A DNA stretch of 16,992 nucleotides from Bdellovibrionota bacterium (GCA_044356215.1 JBIKWQ010000073.1:1-16992); one strand, 5' to 3'. Positions 4,217 to 13,864 are shown, counted from the first letter of the stretch. Numbers and translations are program-made. Notes: a model not told the origin generated them from the sequence alone.

Positions 4217-6682
4217 ATGTCATTACGCAAGGTCTTAAAATTTGGCGGCTCCTCCGTCGGCACTCCAGAGCGCATCCGGAGCATTGTGTCGCTCGTCACA
4301 GACGAGCGCCGCTACACGGCTGGATCGGTTCCCGGTGTCGTCGTCTCAGCGTTTCAAGGGGTCACCGACGCACTGATCTCAATCGCCAAGATGGCGGCTT
4401 CAAAAAACGGCCTTTATCGAGAGCTTTTAAGCCAGATTACAACACGGCACCTAGATGCTGTCAGAGCTCTCGTTCCGGCTACGACCTGTGGAGCTGCTCT
4501 GGCGACCGTTAAGGTAATGACCAACGAGCTTGAGGAGATCCTATCCGGAGTAGAGATCCTGGGCGAATGCAGTCCTCGGGTCATGGATCAAGTGATGAGC
4601 TTTGGTGAGAGACTCTCCGCTTACATCGTAGCCCAAGCTTTCATCGCCGCTGGACATAAAGCTGAATCATTAGACAGCCGAACAGTTGTGCTTACAAACG
4701 ATTGGTTCGGAAACGGCTTAGTAGATCGGCAGTCGACTTACAAAGCTATCTCAAATCATTTTAGCGGCAAATCGGACTTGCAAATTATCACCGGATTTAT
4801 CGGTCGGGCTCCAGATGGAGCGACCACTACTCTAGGACGAGGAGGATCAGACCTATCAGCATCGCTTTTTGGCGCGGCGCTCGAGGCAGACGAGATCGAG
4901 ATCTGGACCGATGTTGACGGGATGCTCACCTCAGATCCACGCAAAGTCCCTAAGGCATTTACCATACCGGAAGTGACTTTTGAGGAGGCGATGGAGTTAA
5001 GCCATTTCGGAGCCAAGGTGATCTATCCGCCAACGATGCAACCAGCGATGGAAGCGCGGATACCCTTAGTGATCAAAAATACGCTGCGACCGGAAGTAGC
5101 GGGAACCAGAGTAGTTCAAACCGCTGTCGAACACCCTTATCCGATCACGGGGATATCATCGATTAGCTCTATCGCTCTGTTACGCCTACAGGGATCGGGC
5201 ATGGTGGGGGTGTCGGGTACAGCGGCGCGATTCTTCAGGGCTCTCGCCAATTCCAAGGCTAATGTAATCCTGATCACTCAAGCCTCTTCGGAACACACGA
5301 TCTGCTGCGCGATTGACCCGATTCACGTTAACGCCGCGAAGAATGCCGTAGCCGAGGAATTCGCTTTAGAGCTAAACACCGGAACGATTGATCCTCTCGT
5401 GGTTGAAGAGAGTCTGTCGGTCGTATCAGTGGTAGGTGAAAACATGCGCCATTCACCCGGTATATCTGGCAGGGTATTTTCAGCCCTAGGGGCTAACGGT
5501 GTAAACATCGTCGCGATCGCTCAAGGATCCTCCGAGAGAAACATCTCGGCGGTCATTTCGGCTAGTGATGAGAACAAAGCGCTAAATGCGATACACGATG
5601 AATTCTTTATAAGTCGCAGTAAAACTATTAATCTTTGGGTTATCGGCACCGGATTAATCGGCACCACCCTACTCCAACAGTTAGAGACGCAAGCTCAAAA
5701 ATTGCGCGACAATAGCGGCCTAGAGCTGCGATTACATGGGGTATCCAACTCAAGACAGATGCGACTTGCTTCTCGCGATTCAAGTGAGCTCCCTTTAATT
5801 AGGCCACTCGCTGAGGATTCTCTTCCGGCGAATCTCGCGGAATTTGTCAGTGATTGTGTCAATTCAAACCTTCCTAACTCGATCTTTGTTGACTGCACGG
5901 CGAGCGATGAGCTTCCTTCTTTCTATCCGAGACTCCTTGAGTCTAGCATAGCGGTTGTGACACCCAACAAGCGCGGGTTCTCTGGCCTATACGAGTTCTA
6001 TTCAATGTTGCGCACATCCGCGAACTCAAGACGCTCACCACTACTCCACGAAACCTGCGTTGGCGCGGCTCTACCAATCCTTGGAACACTCAGTGATTTA
6101 GTTAGAAGTGGCGATACCGTTCTCTCTATAGATGCCGTGTTGTCGGGAACCTTAAGTTTTATATTTAACTCTTTGGCTCTCGGTTCTACCTTCAGTCAGG
6201 CTGTTTTAGAGGCTAAGGCCAGGGGATACACCGAGCCAGACCCACGAGACGACCTCTCCGGAATGGATGTAGCGAGAAAGGTTCTCATACTCGCGCGCGA
6301 CGCTGGGGTACCCCTAGAGCTAGAGCAGATTAAGATCTCCCCTCTTCTCCCCGATGAGGCATTAAACTGGTCGGTTGAAGAATTTCTACGGAAGCTCCCA
6401 ACGCTCGACGAACACTTCGCCGATCTACTAGGATCAGCCAAACAGCGCGGCGAACGTCTCTTTTTTAGCGCCTCGATAGAAGTTGAGAAAAAAACAGCGA
6501 CAATTGGAGTTAGATCTCTAAACGCCGACCATCCTTTTCAGGCCCTCTCAGGGGCTGACAACATAATAGCCTTCACAACTGCGCGTTACCTAAATAATCC
6601 CTTGGTAATCAAGGGGCCAGGCGCTGGAGCTGAGGTGACTGCCGCTGGGGTATTCGCTGATATTATAAGAGCAGCCAGGTGA
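4217..6682 (+). CDS. thrA: Bifunctional aspartate kinase / homoserine dehydrogenase I
   Basis: VLKFGGSSV, TTLGRGGSD, WTDVDG..T.DPR, two ACT domains (LITQASSEH, AIAQGSSERNIS), GTGLIG nucleotide-binding motif, GYTEPDPRDDLSGMDVARK and GPGAGAEVTA. Confidence 0.97.
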   Translation: MSLRKVLKFGGSSVGTPERIRSIVSLVTDERRYTAGSVPGVVVSAFQGVTDALISIAKMAASKNGLYRELLSQITTRHLDAVRALVPATTCGAALATVKVMTNELEEILSGVEILGECSPRVMDQVMSFGERLSAYIVAQAFIAAGHKAESLDSRTVVLTNDWFGNGLVDRQSTYKAISNHFSGKSDLQIITGFIGRAPDGATTTLGRGGSDLSASLFGAALEADEIEIWTDVDGMLTSDPRKVPKAFTIPEVTFEEAMELSHFGAKVIYPPTMQPAMEARIPLVIKNTLRPEVAGTRVVQTAVEHPYPITGISSISSIALLRLQGSGMVGVSGTAARFFRALANSKANVILITQASSEHTICCAIDPIHVNAAKNAVAEEFALELNTGTIDPLVVEESLSVVSVVGENMRHSPGISGRVFSALGANGVNIVAIAQGSSERNISAVISASDENKALNAIHDEFFISRSKTINLWVIGTGLIGTTLLQQLETQAQKLRDNSGLELRLHGVSNSRQMRLASRDSSELPLIRPLAEDSLPANLAEFVSDCVNSNLPNSIFVDCTASDELPSFYPRLLESSIAVVTPNKRGFSGLYEFYSMLRTSANSRRSPLLHETCVGAALPILGTLSDLVRSGDTVLSIDAVLSGTLSFIFNSLALGSTFSQAVLEAKARGYTEPDPRDDLSGMDVARKVLILARDAGVPLELEQIKISPLLPDEALNWSVEEFLRKLPTLDEHFADLLGSAKQRGERLFFSASIEVEKKTATIGVRSLNADHPFQALSGADNIIAFTTARYLNNPLVIKGPGAGAEVTAAGVFADIIRAAR

Positions 6683-6687
6683 GCTGA

Positions 6688-7659
6688 ATGAATAGCTTTC
6701 GAAATTCTGTCACCGTTTTCGCTCCAGCCACGGTGGCTAACGTTGGTTCGGCGTTCGACGTCCTAGGCTTCGCGCTTGACGCTCCTGGGGATACGGTTAC
6801 AGCTACCATCTCAGAAACCCCAGGGGTCGTCGTAAGATCAATTGAAGGAGACGGCGGTGTGTTACCGCTTGAGAGCTCGCGCAATACAGCCGCGGTTTCA
6901 GCGCGCGCTCTTCTTGATCATCTAATCTCTATCAACAGCGAAAAATATTCATCAGTCGGCATAATACTGGATCTCGTAAAAGGGCTCCCGATCGGAAGTG
7001 GGCTCGGATCGAGTTCTGCCAGCTCAGTTGGCGGAGTCGTAGCGGCTCACGAGCTTTTAGGAGCTCCGCTTAAAAAAGAGGAGCTGTTACCGTTTGCGAT
7101 GGAAGGCGAACGGATCGCCTGTGGTGCAGCCCACGCAGACAACGCCGCTCCGTGCCTCCTTGGAGGGTTCGTTTTAATTAGAAGCTACTCGCCATTAGAT
7201 CTAATTCAATTACCAACTCCTAACCCGCTATCAGTAGCCGTGGTTTCACCTCACATCGAGCTACGCACATCGGATGCTCGCAAGATCCTTAAAGCCTCGG
7301 TGCCTTTAGGTTCCGCCATCTCTCAGTGGGGAAATGTCGCCGCTCTTGTTGCTGGGATTTACCGTAACGACCCTGAGCTAATAGGCAGATCCCTCGCAGA
7401 TACGATCATCGAACCAGAGCGCGGGCAGCTAATTCCAGGATATCACGCGGTGAAGGCGGCAGCTAAAGACGCGGGTGCCTTAGGGTGTTCTATCTCAGGC
7501 TCAGGTCCGGCGCTCTTTGCCATGTGTCGCTCAGAGAGCGACGCGCACAGAATAAGCGATACGATGGCTGAGGCCTTTAAGAGAGCCGCCGGTGTTACCG
7601 CTGATATCCACATCTCTGGAATCAACACTGAAGGCGCAAAGGTTATCAGGATGGACTAG
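6688..7659 (+). CDS. thrB: Homoserine kinase (GHMP family)
   Basis: APAT.AN....FDVLG.AL, P.GSGLGSSSAS, HADN.AP...GG and ISGSGP. Lies between thrA and thrC. Confidence 0.96.
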   Translation: MNSFRNSVTVFAPATVANVGSAFDVLGFALDAPGDTVTATISETPGVVVRSIEGDGGVLPLESSRNTAAVSARALLDHLISINSEKYSSVGIILDLVKGLPIGSGLGSSSASSVGGVVAAHELLGAPLKKEELLPFAMEGERIACGAAHADNAAPCLLGGFVLIRSYSPLDLIQLPTPNPLSVAVVSPHIELRTSDARKILKASVPLGSAISQWGNVAALVAGIYRNDPELIGRSLADTIIEPERGQLIPGYHAVKAAAKDAGALGCSISGSGPALFAMCRSESDAHRISDTMAEAFKRAAGVTADIHISGINTEGAKVIRMD

Positions 7660-7661
7660 CC

Positions 7662-8981
7662 ATGTCAGGATTGCCCCTCTATTCAACAAAAAACACCATG
7701 ACCCGCGCGTCGTGGAGGGATGCTGTCCTGAGCGGCATAGCGCCCGATGGAGGACTATATCTACCGGTTAATTTCCCGCTTCTATCGCAGCAAGAGATTA
7801 CAGATCTAAAGGGTCGGACGTTCTCGGAAGTAGCAACGGTCCTGGCGCGACGACTTATCGGTGATGAGGTCCCCCAGGAGGTAATTAGTCATATCTGCGC
7901 CGAAGCCTTTAATTTCCCTCTCGAGCGTCGAGAGCTAGCACCTAAGTTATCTGTCCTTGAACTCTTTCACGGTCCTACCTGCGCTTTCAAGGACTTCGGT
8001 GCGCGCTTCATGGCCCGGCTATTCCGTTATTTTTGGGGCTCACAATCACGACAATTAACAGTGTTAGTCGCAACATCAGGCGACACCGGAAGCGCCGTAG
8101 CTAACGCGTTTTTCGATCCTAGTCCGAATCCACCGATTCGGGTCGTAATCCTCTACCCCAAAGATAAAGTAAGCGACGTTCAACGCCGACAGATGACAAC
8201 GCTTGGCGGTAACGTAATTGCTCTACAGGTACGTGGCACTTTTGATGACTGTCAGAGTTTAGTGAAAGAGGCTCTGCGTGACGAAAGACTCTTAGCTAAT
8301 CATGCTTTAACCTCCGCAAACTCAATCAATATAGCTCGACTCTTACCGCAAGCCTTTTATTACGCCTACGCTAGTCTACTTTTTAATGACAGTGATGGTC
8401 CGCTGTTTGTGGTGCCGAGCGGAAACTTAGGCAATCTAACCGGCGGAATAATCGCCGATAAGATAGGCTTTAAGTGCAAGGGCTTTATCGCCGCATGCAA
8501 CTCAAACGAAACGTTTCCGCGGTTTTTAAGCTCTGGAGTTTTTATTCCACAAAGCTCTGTAGAAACGATCTCCAACGCCATGGATGTTGGAAACCCGAGT
8601 AACTTCTATCGGATTACTGAGCTATTAAAGCCTGGATGCGAAACTCGCTCGCTTAATAATTTCTTACGGGGTTGTGCTGTATCTGATAGCGATACACTTA
8701 AGGCGATAACATTTTATCATTCACGATACGGTTATGTGTTAGACCCGCATACTGCCGTCGGAGCTGTAGCTCTCGATAGCATGATGGGTGAATACGGAGC
8801 GGACACGCCCAAAGTACTCGTAGCAACAGCGCACCCTGGTAAGTTTGCTCCGGCTGTCGCTCAAGCTATCGGATCCGCGCCTATTCTGCCCGACCGACTT
8901 AGCAAAGTACTTTTATCATCCGAGCGATTTATTGAGATTGAAAGCCACTACTCCCACCTGGCGGGAGTTCTTGAAGCATAG
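7662..8981 (+). CDS. thrC: Threonine synthase
   Basis: G.APDGGLY.P, LELFHGPT.AFKDFGARF (PLP Lys), ATSGDTGSAV, G.FDDCQ.LVK, SANSINIARL, VPSGN.GN, DPHTAVG and TAHP.KF. Confidence 0.97.
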   Translation: MSGLPLYSTKNTMTRASWRDAVLSGIAPDGGLYLPVNFPLLSQQEITDLKGRTFSEVATVLARRLIGDEVPQEVISHICAEAFNFPLERRELAPKLSVLELFHGPTCAFKDFGARFMARLFRYFWGSQSRQLTVLVATSGDTGSAVANAFFDPSPNPPIRVVILYPKDKVSDVQRRQMTTLGGNVIALQVRGTFDDCQSLVKEALRDERLLANHALTSANSINIARLLPQAFYYAYASLLFNDSDGPLFVVPSGNLGNLTGGIIADKIGFKCKGFIAACNSNETFPRFLSSGVFIPQSSVETISNAMDVGNPSNFYRITELLKPGCETRSLNNFLRGCAVSDSDTLKAITFYHSRYGYVLDPHTAVGAVALDSMMGEYGADTPKVLVATAHPGKFAPAVAQAIGSAPILPDRLSKVLLSSERFIEIESHYSHLAGVLEA

Positions 8982-8994
8982 GGATTCGCCCGGT

Positions 8995-10539
8995 TCACAC
9001 CTTACTTTTAAGGAGATAAAAATTCGCCGCCTGATCGAGGTATTGATCTGACATTATAATCTCTCGAACAAGGACGTAGTTCCTGACCTTCCGATATTTT
9101 AATACGGCCTCTAAGTTTGGAGCTGCTCCTGTAATCAGCAGAATCCGATCGGGCCTAGCGTGCTTTTGGAAACTCGTTAGCTCCTCAAATTTATCCGCCT
9201 CGCACATTTTCCAGTAATACTTTCTACCAAGCATAAATAAGAGCGCGTTCTCGGCGTGATAGTCGAACTCAGCGGTAACTACGCTAAAATTCCCTCCGAC
9301 TAAAGTCGGTTCGTTTCTTAGCCGCTCGGATAAAACCTCGTAGAATCGGTAAGTGCGCTGAGATCCATGAGGGTTAGAACTTGTTCCAGCCAGGTATGCT
9401 GGCAAATAAAGCGAAATAGAAAGAAGGATAAATGCAGGCCAAGCGACTCGTGCGCATGATGCAAACCTTCCACCCCTTAGCTCAAGGATAGCCGCGAAGG
9501 AAAAGACAACAACTAGTGAGCAAAATGAATAAAAAATATAAACTGAATAAACTGCGATCTGCCGATTCAAATAAGTGTTGAGTGCGACGATGGAGACGAG
9601 AGAGATCAAGGATAGAAACGTCGCTATTACAAGTGGTTTTCGAGCTTTTTCGTTAGCAAAAGCGACTATCCAGGTCACAAGCACGAAAAAAAGCGAATCA
9701 ACCAAAGGTGCAATCGGTTTAAACTCGAAAACCATCTGAAGTGTTCGGAGATTATGCCAAAACAGCTCAACTATCCCGATCCTCTGGGTTCCAGCTAGAT
9801 GCCTAGAGATTAGCGGTCTTAAAAATTTAACTACACCGGAATCATAGATGAAGAATAGGCTTGGCAACCACAATACAATCAGCAGAAGAAGACTGACGAG
9901 ATGCTCTTGAGGGCGCATAAGGCTGCGCTGCCTTACATAACCCATCCTGCTTGCTACGCCGTAGCAGCTAAGTCCAATAGCTATTAAGGGCAGAGACCCA
10001 TAATGAAGTTGCAAACTCGCCGAGCACCCCAGAAAAAGCAGCCATATATTACTTTTCTGAACGCTCAAGATTGATGCCGTTAAAATGATAGCACCGCACA
10101 GCAAAATGTCGTTACCATGCCACGGTACTCTGAAAGGAAAAGGGTTGGGAGTAAGCACAATGATCAGCAAAGCTAAAAATACGCTTGTTGCCACCGTACG
10201 AGGACGAAAGAAAGGGAGCAGAGCGAGAGTAAAGGCGGCCTGCAGCGCGAAAACCCTTATAATTCCGAGGATAACTGACGCGACTATAACACTCTTGTTA
10301 GCTACAAGATAAACCAGACTTAAATAGTAGAAATATAGAGGACCAAGATGTCTGCCTCCAACATGAGACGGTGGCCCTAGTAAAATCACGTCGAGAGAGG
10401 TGATGAAATCATCTGCCACCGCGAAGCTGAGCGCCATGTCGTTCGTAAACAGGGTATTATCAGCACTCAGATTAAATACCGCGAGGTAAGAGCATAAACA
10501 TAAGATGACCAGCTGCGCGATGTAAAAAACTGGACTCAT
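8995..10539 (-). CDS. Polytopic membrane protein, probable GT-C fold (ArnT/PMT-like) glycosyltransferase
   Basis: About 11-13 hydrophobic segments, an N-terminal TM followed by a loop with D and LLGP...GG.HLGPLYFY, a later QLHY motif, and a soluble C-terminal domain. Start 10539 avoids overlap with the upstream gene. Confidence 0.6.
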   Translation of the reverse strand: MSPVFYIAQLVILCLCSYLAVFNLSADNTLFTNDMALSFAVADDFITSLDVILLGPPSHVGGRHLGPLYFYYLSLVYLVANKSVIVASVILGIIRVFALQAAFTLALLPFFRPRTVATSVFLALLIIVLTPNPFPFRVPWHGNDILLCGAIILTASILSVQKSNIWLLFLGCSASLQLHYGSLPLIAIGLSCYGVASRMGYVRQRSLMRPQEHLVSLLLLIVLWLPSLFFIYDSGVVKFLRPLISRHLAGTQRIGIVELFWHNLRTLQMVFEFKPIAPLVDSLFFVLVTWIVAFANEKARKPLVIATFLSLISLVSIVALNTYLNRQIAVYSVYIFYSFCSLVVVFSFAAILELRGGRFASCARVAWPAFILLSISLYLPAYLAGTSSNPHGSQRTYRFYEVLSERLRNEPTLVGGNFSVVTAEFDYHAENALLFMLGRKYYWKMCEADKFEELTSFQKHARPDRILLITGAAPNLEAVLKYRKVRNYVLVREIIMSDQYLDQAANFYLLKSKV

Positions 10540-10630
10540 AAACTTATTTACCAACAAACACCGAGGCTTTAGCTCTTTAGCCGTATGTACTGGAAGATAA
10601 CTCAGGATGGCAGTGGAGTCTATTCGCCAG

Positions 10631-11218
10631 CTACTCGAGCCGGATGTTCCACGTCCCCTCACTAAGCCCATGATTCGTCCGCGCGTCATAACGGCGATCT
10701 AGTCCGCGGATCTCGGCAATCACCTCAGATATAATCTTCTCCGCGCGCTCGCGCGTCACTGCCCCCTCTCTTTTGTGCTCTTCTTTAAGGCGAGTCAGTA
10801 TCCTCGGCGCGGTCTGATCGATGTGGCTCACATGATTTAATTCATGCGCTTTCGTTCGCTCCACAAATCCGTTCCAGGCGTTTAAAAGATCCTCAGATAT
10901 CTTTTCAGACGCCTTACCAAGTTTAGGTAATAGGATCATCGCGATACAGTTTAGCTTAATGGAATTCGGGTCAATCGTCCCATCATCGAAACGCTTCCAG
11001 TTCCATTCAACTGTCCAATCGGTGTAGGCGAACCTCGTCTTGCCTAAATCATCTTTAGGACCTCGCTCTCTTAACGAAGCCTCCAATTCCTCCACACTCG
11101 CGCCCTCAACCTCATAGTAGTTGTGAGCTGGCGCGACCGGACAGCTCCAGGCCTTGGCGCACAGAACCAGAGTGATAGCTGTAAAGAGCGCCGTATTGGT
11201 CCAGCGTCCCGGCCCCAT
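10631..11218 (-). CDS. DUF922 family predicted secreted Zn-dependent peptidase
   Basis: Signal peptide, YYEVEG.S.EEL..SL...GP, AYT.W...W.W, I.LPK, HELNH (10832-10846) HExxH motif and YD..T.HG..EG. Confidence 0.85.
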   Translation of the reverse strand: MGPGRWTNTALFTAITLVLCAKAWSCPVAPAHNYYEVEGASVEELEASLRERGPKDDLGKTRFAYTDWTVEWNWKRFDDGTIDPNSIKLNCIAMILLPKLGKASEKISEDLLNAWNGFVERTKAHELNHVSHIDQTAPRILTRLKEEHKREGAVTRERAEKIISEVIAEIRGLDRRYDARTNHGLSEGTWNIRLE

Positions 11219-11221
11219 ATT

Positions 11222-11821
11222 TTACTGAACCATGAAGTCCGTGAATAGGATCCCCACAACGGCTGGCTCTTCTAGACCGATAGCTTCATTTAGACCATCC
11301 ATCAATTCCTCTTTTAATCTGGTTTTGCCTTCGACTGTTAATAGATCTGGCGCCTTCTTAGAAGAGAGAATACGTATAATCACATCTCTGAATTGATGCT
11401 CTTTTTTCGCCAAATGCGGATGAATGCCGCCTCCTGCAGCGCCCTCCTTAGCGCCTCCACTAGCTCCACCGCCGTGTGCTTTGCCACCCTCAGCCCCACC
11501 TACAATTGCTCCTAATTGTTTGTCTAACAATCCAGCGTCATACTCGATCATAATGCGGACCTTGAGGAAAGATCCCATATCCGAGAGGTTCACGATGAAT
11601 TGGCCGAGGTCCGCCGTCTCGATGTGCTTAACGTCGTCTTGAGGCTCGTGCAGCTCTTCGGCGTGTTCATCTGGAGGCGGTTCTCCCCCCATAAACATTG
11701 AGGCGACTCCAGCACCTCCCACTAGACTCACCAACCCAACCACAGCAAGTATGATCAATTTCTTTTTACTCTTCTTGGGCTTCTCTTCAGTGGTCTCATG
11801 CGCCTCTTCCTTGCCAGACAT
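11222..11821 (-). CDS. fliL: Flagellar basal body-associated FliL family protein
   Basis: Lys-rich N-terminus, single TM helix, F.VNL.D...FLKV.I, RD.II.ILSSK...L.T.EGK..LKEE and ILFTDF.VQ C-terminus. GGGAG RBS. Confidence 0.9.
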   Translation of the reverse strand: MSGKEEAHETTEEKPKKSKKKLIILAVVGLVSLVGGAGVASMFMGGEPPPDEHAEELHEPQDDVKHIETADLGQFIVNLSDMGSFLKVRIMIEYDAGLLDKQLGAIVGGAEGGKAHGGGASGGAKEGAAGGGIHPHLAKKEHQFRDVIIRILSSKKAPDLLTVEGKTRLKEELMDGLNEAIGLEEPAVVGILFTDFMVQ

Positions 11822-11922
11822 AAGCTTCTCCCTGTACTAGCTTTCCTATGCAGGATCTTCGTCAAAAATCGTCTTAAACATGAGGGAAAAGAGTAATCAG
11901 TGAGCTATAACGCAATCGTTCC

Positions 11923-11951
11923 TTGATACACTGTGCCGATTAAGATATTGT
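11923..11951 (+). promoter_or_regulatory. Predicted sigma70 promoter of thrS: TTGATA-N17-TATTGT
   Basis: -35 at 11923-11928 and -10 at 11946-11951, ~33 nt before the start codon. Confidence 0.55.
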
Positions 11952-11984
11952 TATTAGGCTTATTTTTTAAGAGATCTGCGTATC

Positions 11985-13775
11985 ATGATGGAAGCTTCTC
12001 ACGACCAACTCTATTGCATTCGCCACTCACTGGCGCACGTTATGGCGCAAGCTGTATTAGAACTTCGCCCTAACGCTAAGTTAGCTTTCGGTCCACCGAT
12101 CGATAACGGTTGTTATTACGATTTCGATTTTGACACCCCTCTGACTCACGATGACTTTAAAGCCATTGAGAAAAATATGCGAAAGATTATTGGCCAACGC
12201 CAGCCTTTCGCCGCTTCTAAACGGAGTGCTGCCGAGGCTGTTGAGTATCTAAAGGCACGCGGCGAGACCTACAAGGTCGAGTATTGCCTTGAGCTAGCCG
12301 CTCGCGGAGAGACAGAGATCGGCTTCTACACAAACGGCCCATTCGAAGATATGTGTGCCGGACCGCACCTTGAGCACACCGGCCAGATTCCACCTGATTG
12401 CTTCACGATCGATGCGCTAGCTGGAGCCTACTGGCGCGGAGACGAGAAGAACAAACAATTAACGCGGATTTACTGCTTAGCGTTTAAAAACAAGGACGAC
12501 CTAAAGAGCTACATCGAAAAGCGAGAGCTCGCGCGCGAGAGGGATCACAGAAAGTTAGGCAAGGAGCTTGAGCTGTTCCTAATCTCGGATGTTGTTGGAC
12601 CGGGCTTACCACTTTGGACTCCAAACGGAACAGCGATCCGTGAAGCACTTGAGACTTTCGCCAAAGAACAGGAGGCCCGCTACGGATACGTCAGGGTTGC
12701 GACCCCGCATATCGCCAAGGAGAATCTTTACTATACCTCCGGTCACCTCCCCTATTACAAAGACTCGATGTTCCCACCAATGGAGCTTGAGGGAGAGTGC
12801 GCCTATTACATGAAAGCGATGAACTGCCCGCACCACCATATAATTTTCGGACATAGGCCACGCAGCTACCGTGAGTTGCCCCTACGATTCGCTGAATACG
12901 GAACAGTTTACCGTTACGAGGACTCAGGCTCGCTCTCGGGACTTTTACGTGTGCGCTCGATCGCTCAGAACGACGCGCATATCTACTGCACACTTGATCA
13001 GGTAAAAGATGAGTTAAAGGCCACCTTTAACATGACCCTTGATTACTACAAGAAGTTTCGCTTCGAGAATATCAAGGTTCGTTTCTCCACTCACGATCCA
13101 GCTAACAAGGATAAGTTCGTTGACAATCCTGAACTCTGGGCCTTCTCTGAGAAGATCGTTAAAGAGGTCGTTGATGAACTAAAAGTCGATCATATCCTAG
13201 GAGTTGGGGAGGCCGCGTTCTACGGACCTAAACTTGATTTCCAAGCGACTACGATGTTGGGGCGCGAAGAGTCAATCAGCACAACTCAGCTCGATTTTGC
13301 TCAACCGATAAACTTTGATCTCACATATATCGGGGATGATGGACGTCAACACAGGCCGTACATCATTCACCGAGCTCCACTTGGCGCGCACGAGCGATTT
13401 ATCGCGTTCTTGATTGAGCACTTTGGCGGAGCGTTCCCAACGTGGATGGCACCCATTCAAGCGCGGATTATCCCGGTCAACGCGGAGGTAACAAACTACG
13501 CCAAGGAGCTCGAGAGCATATTGCGGGAGAAGTTAATTCGAGTAGAGCTAGATAGCTCTGACAACTCGTTTAACAAAAAGATTCGAGAAGCCGTTACTCG
13601 CAAGATTCCGAACATGGCGATTATCGGACACAAAGAAGCCGAGCAAGGAACGGTTACTTTGCGACGCTACTGCACCCAGGAGCAGATCACCCTAAGTAAA
13701 GATGAGTTCGTCTCAAGGCTAGAGCGTCTGATTCGTTTAAGAACGATGGATAATTTCGCCGATGAGGCGGTGTAG
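11985..13775 (+). CDS. thrS: Threonine--tRNA ligase (short form lacking the N-terminal TGS domain)
   Basis: RHSLAH, GPPI..G.YYDF, D.C.GPH editing domain, GAYWRGD, RDHRKLGKEL, MNCPHH, YRYE.SG.L.GL.RVR, GEAAFYGPKLD, IHRA and an anticodon-binding domain. Confidence 0.98.
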   Translation: MMEASHDQLYCIRHSLAHVMAQAVLELRPNAKLAFGPPIDNGCYYDFDFDTPLTHDDFKAIEKNMRKIIGQRQPFAASKRSAAEAVEYLKARGETYKVEYCLELAARGETEIGFYTNGPFEDMCAGPHLEHTGQIPPDCFTIDALAGAYWRGDEKNKQLTRIYCLAFKNKDDLKSYIEKRELARERDHRKLGKELELFLISDVVGPGLPLWTPNGTAIREALETFAKEQEARYGYVRVATPHIAKENLYYTSGHLPYYKDSMFPPMELEGECAYYMKAMNCPHHHIIFGHRPRSYRELPLRFAEYGTVYRYEDSGSLSGLLRVRSIAQNDAHIYCTLDQVKDELKATFNMTLDYYKKFRFENIKVRFSTHDPANKDKFVDNPELWAFSEKIVKEVVDELKVDHILGVGEAAFYGPKLDFQATTMLGREESISTTQLDFAQPINFDLTYIGDDGRQHRPYIIHRAPLGAHERFIAFLIEHFGGAFPTWMAPIQARIIPVNAEVTNYAKELESILREKLIRVELDSSDNSFNKKIREAVTRKIPNMAIIGHKEAEQGTVTLRRYCTQEQITLSKDEFVSRLERLIRLRTMDNFADEAV

Positions 13776-13777
13776 AT

Positions 13778-13864
13778 GCCAGAAATCGCTTGCGCTATTT
13801 CTGGCTAAGTGCCGGCGCGAATAGCGCCATAACCGAGCAAAAACTCGCGTAAGCGAGGTTTTGC
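13778..13864. terminator. Three tandem hairpins between convergent thrS and clpB; probable bidirectional terminator region
   Basis: GCCAGAAAT..ATTTCTGGC (13778-13805), GGCGC-GAATA-GCGCC (13814-13828) and GCAAAAACTCGC-GTAA-GCGAGGTTTTGC (13837-13864). Confidence 0.6.

Noticed and set aside
10540..10689. Upstream extension of the membrane protein ORF
   Set aside because: It overlaps the DUF922 gene end and looks non-conserved; a start near 10539 is more plausible.
11822..11984. Sigma28 or sigma54 promoter for fliL
   Set aside because: Candidates (TCATGTTT-N12-GACGAAGA; CGGCACAGTGTATCA) deviate in spacing or lack the -12 GC.
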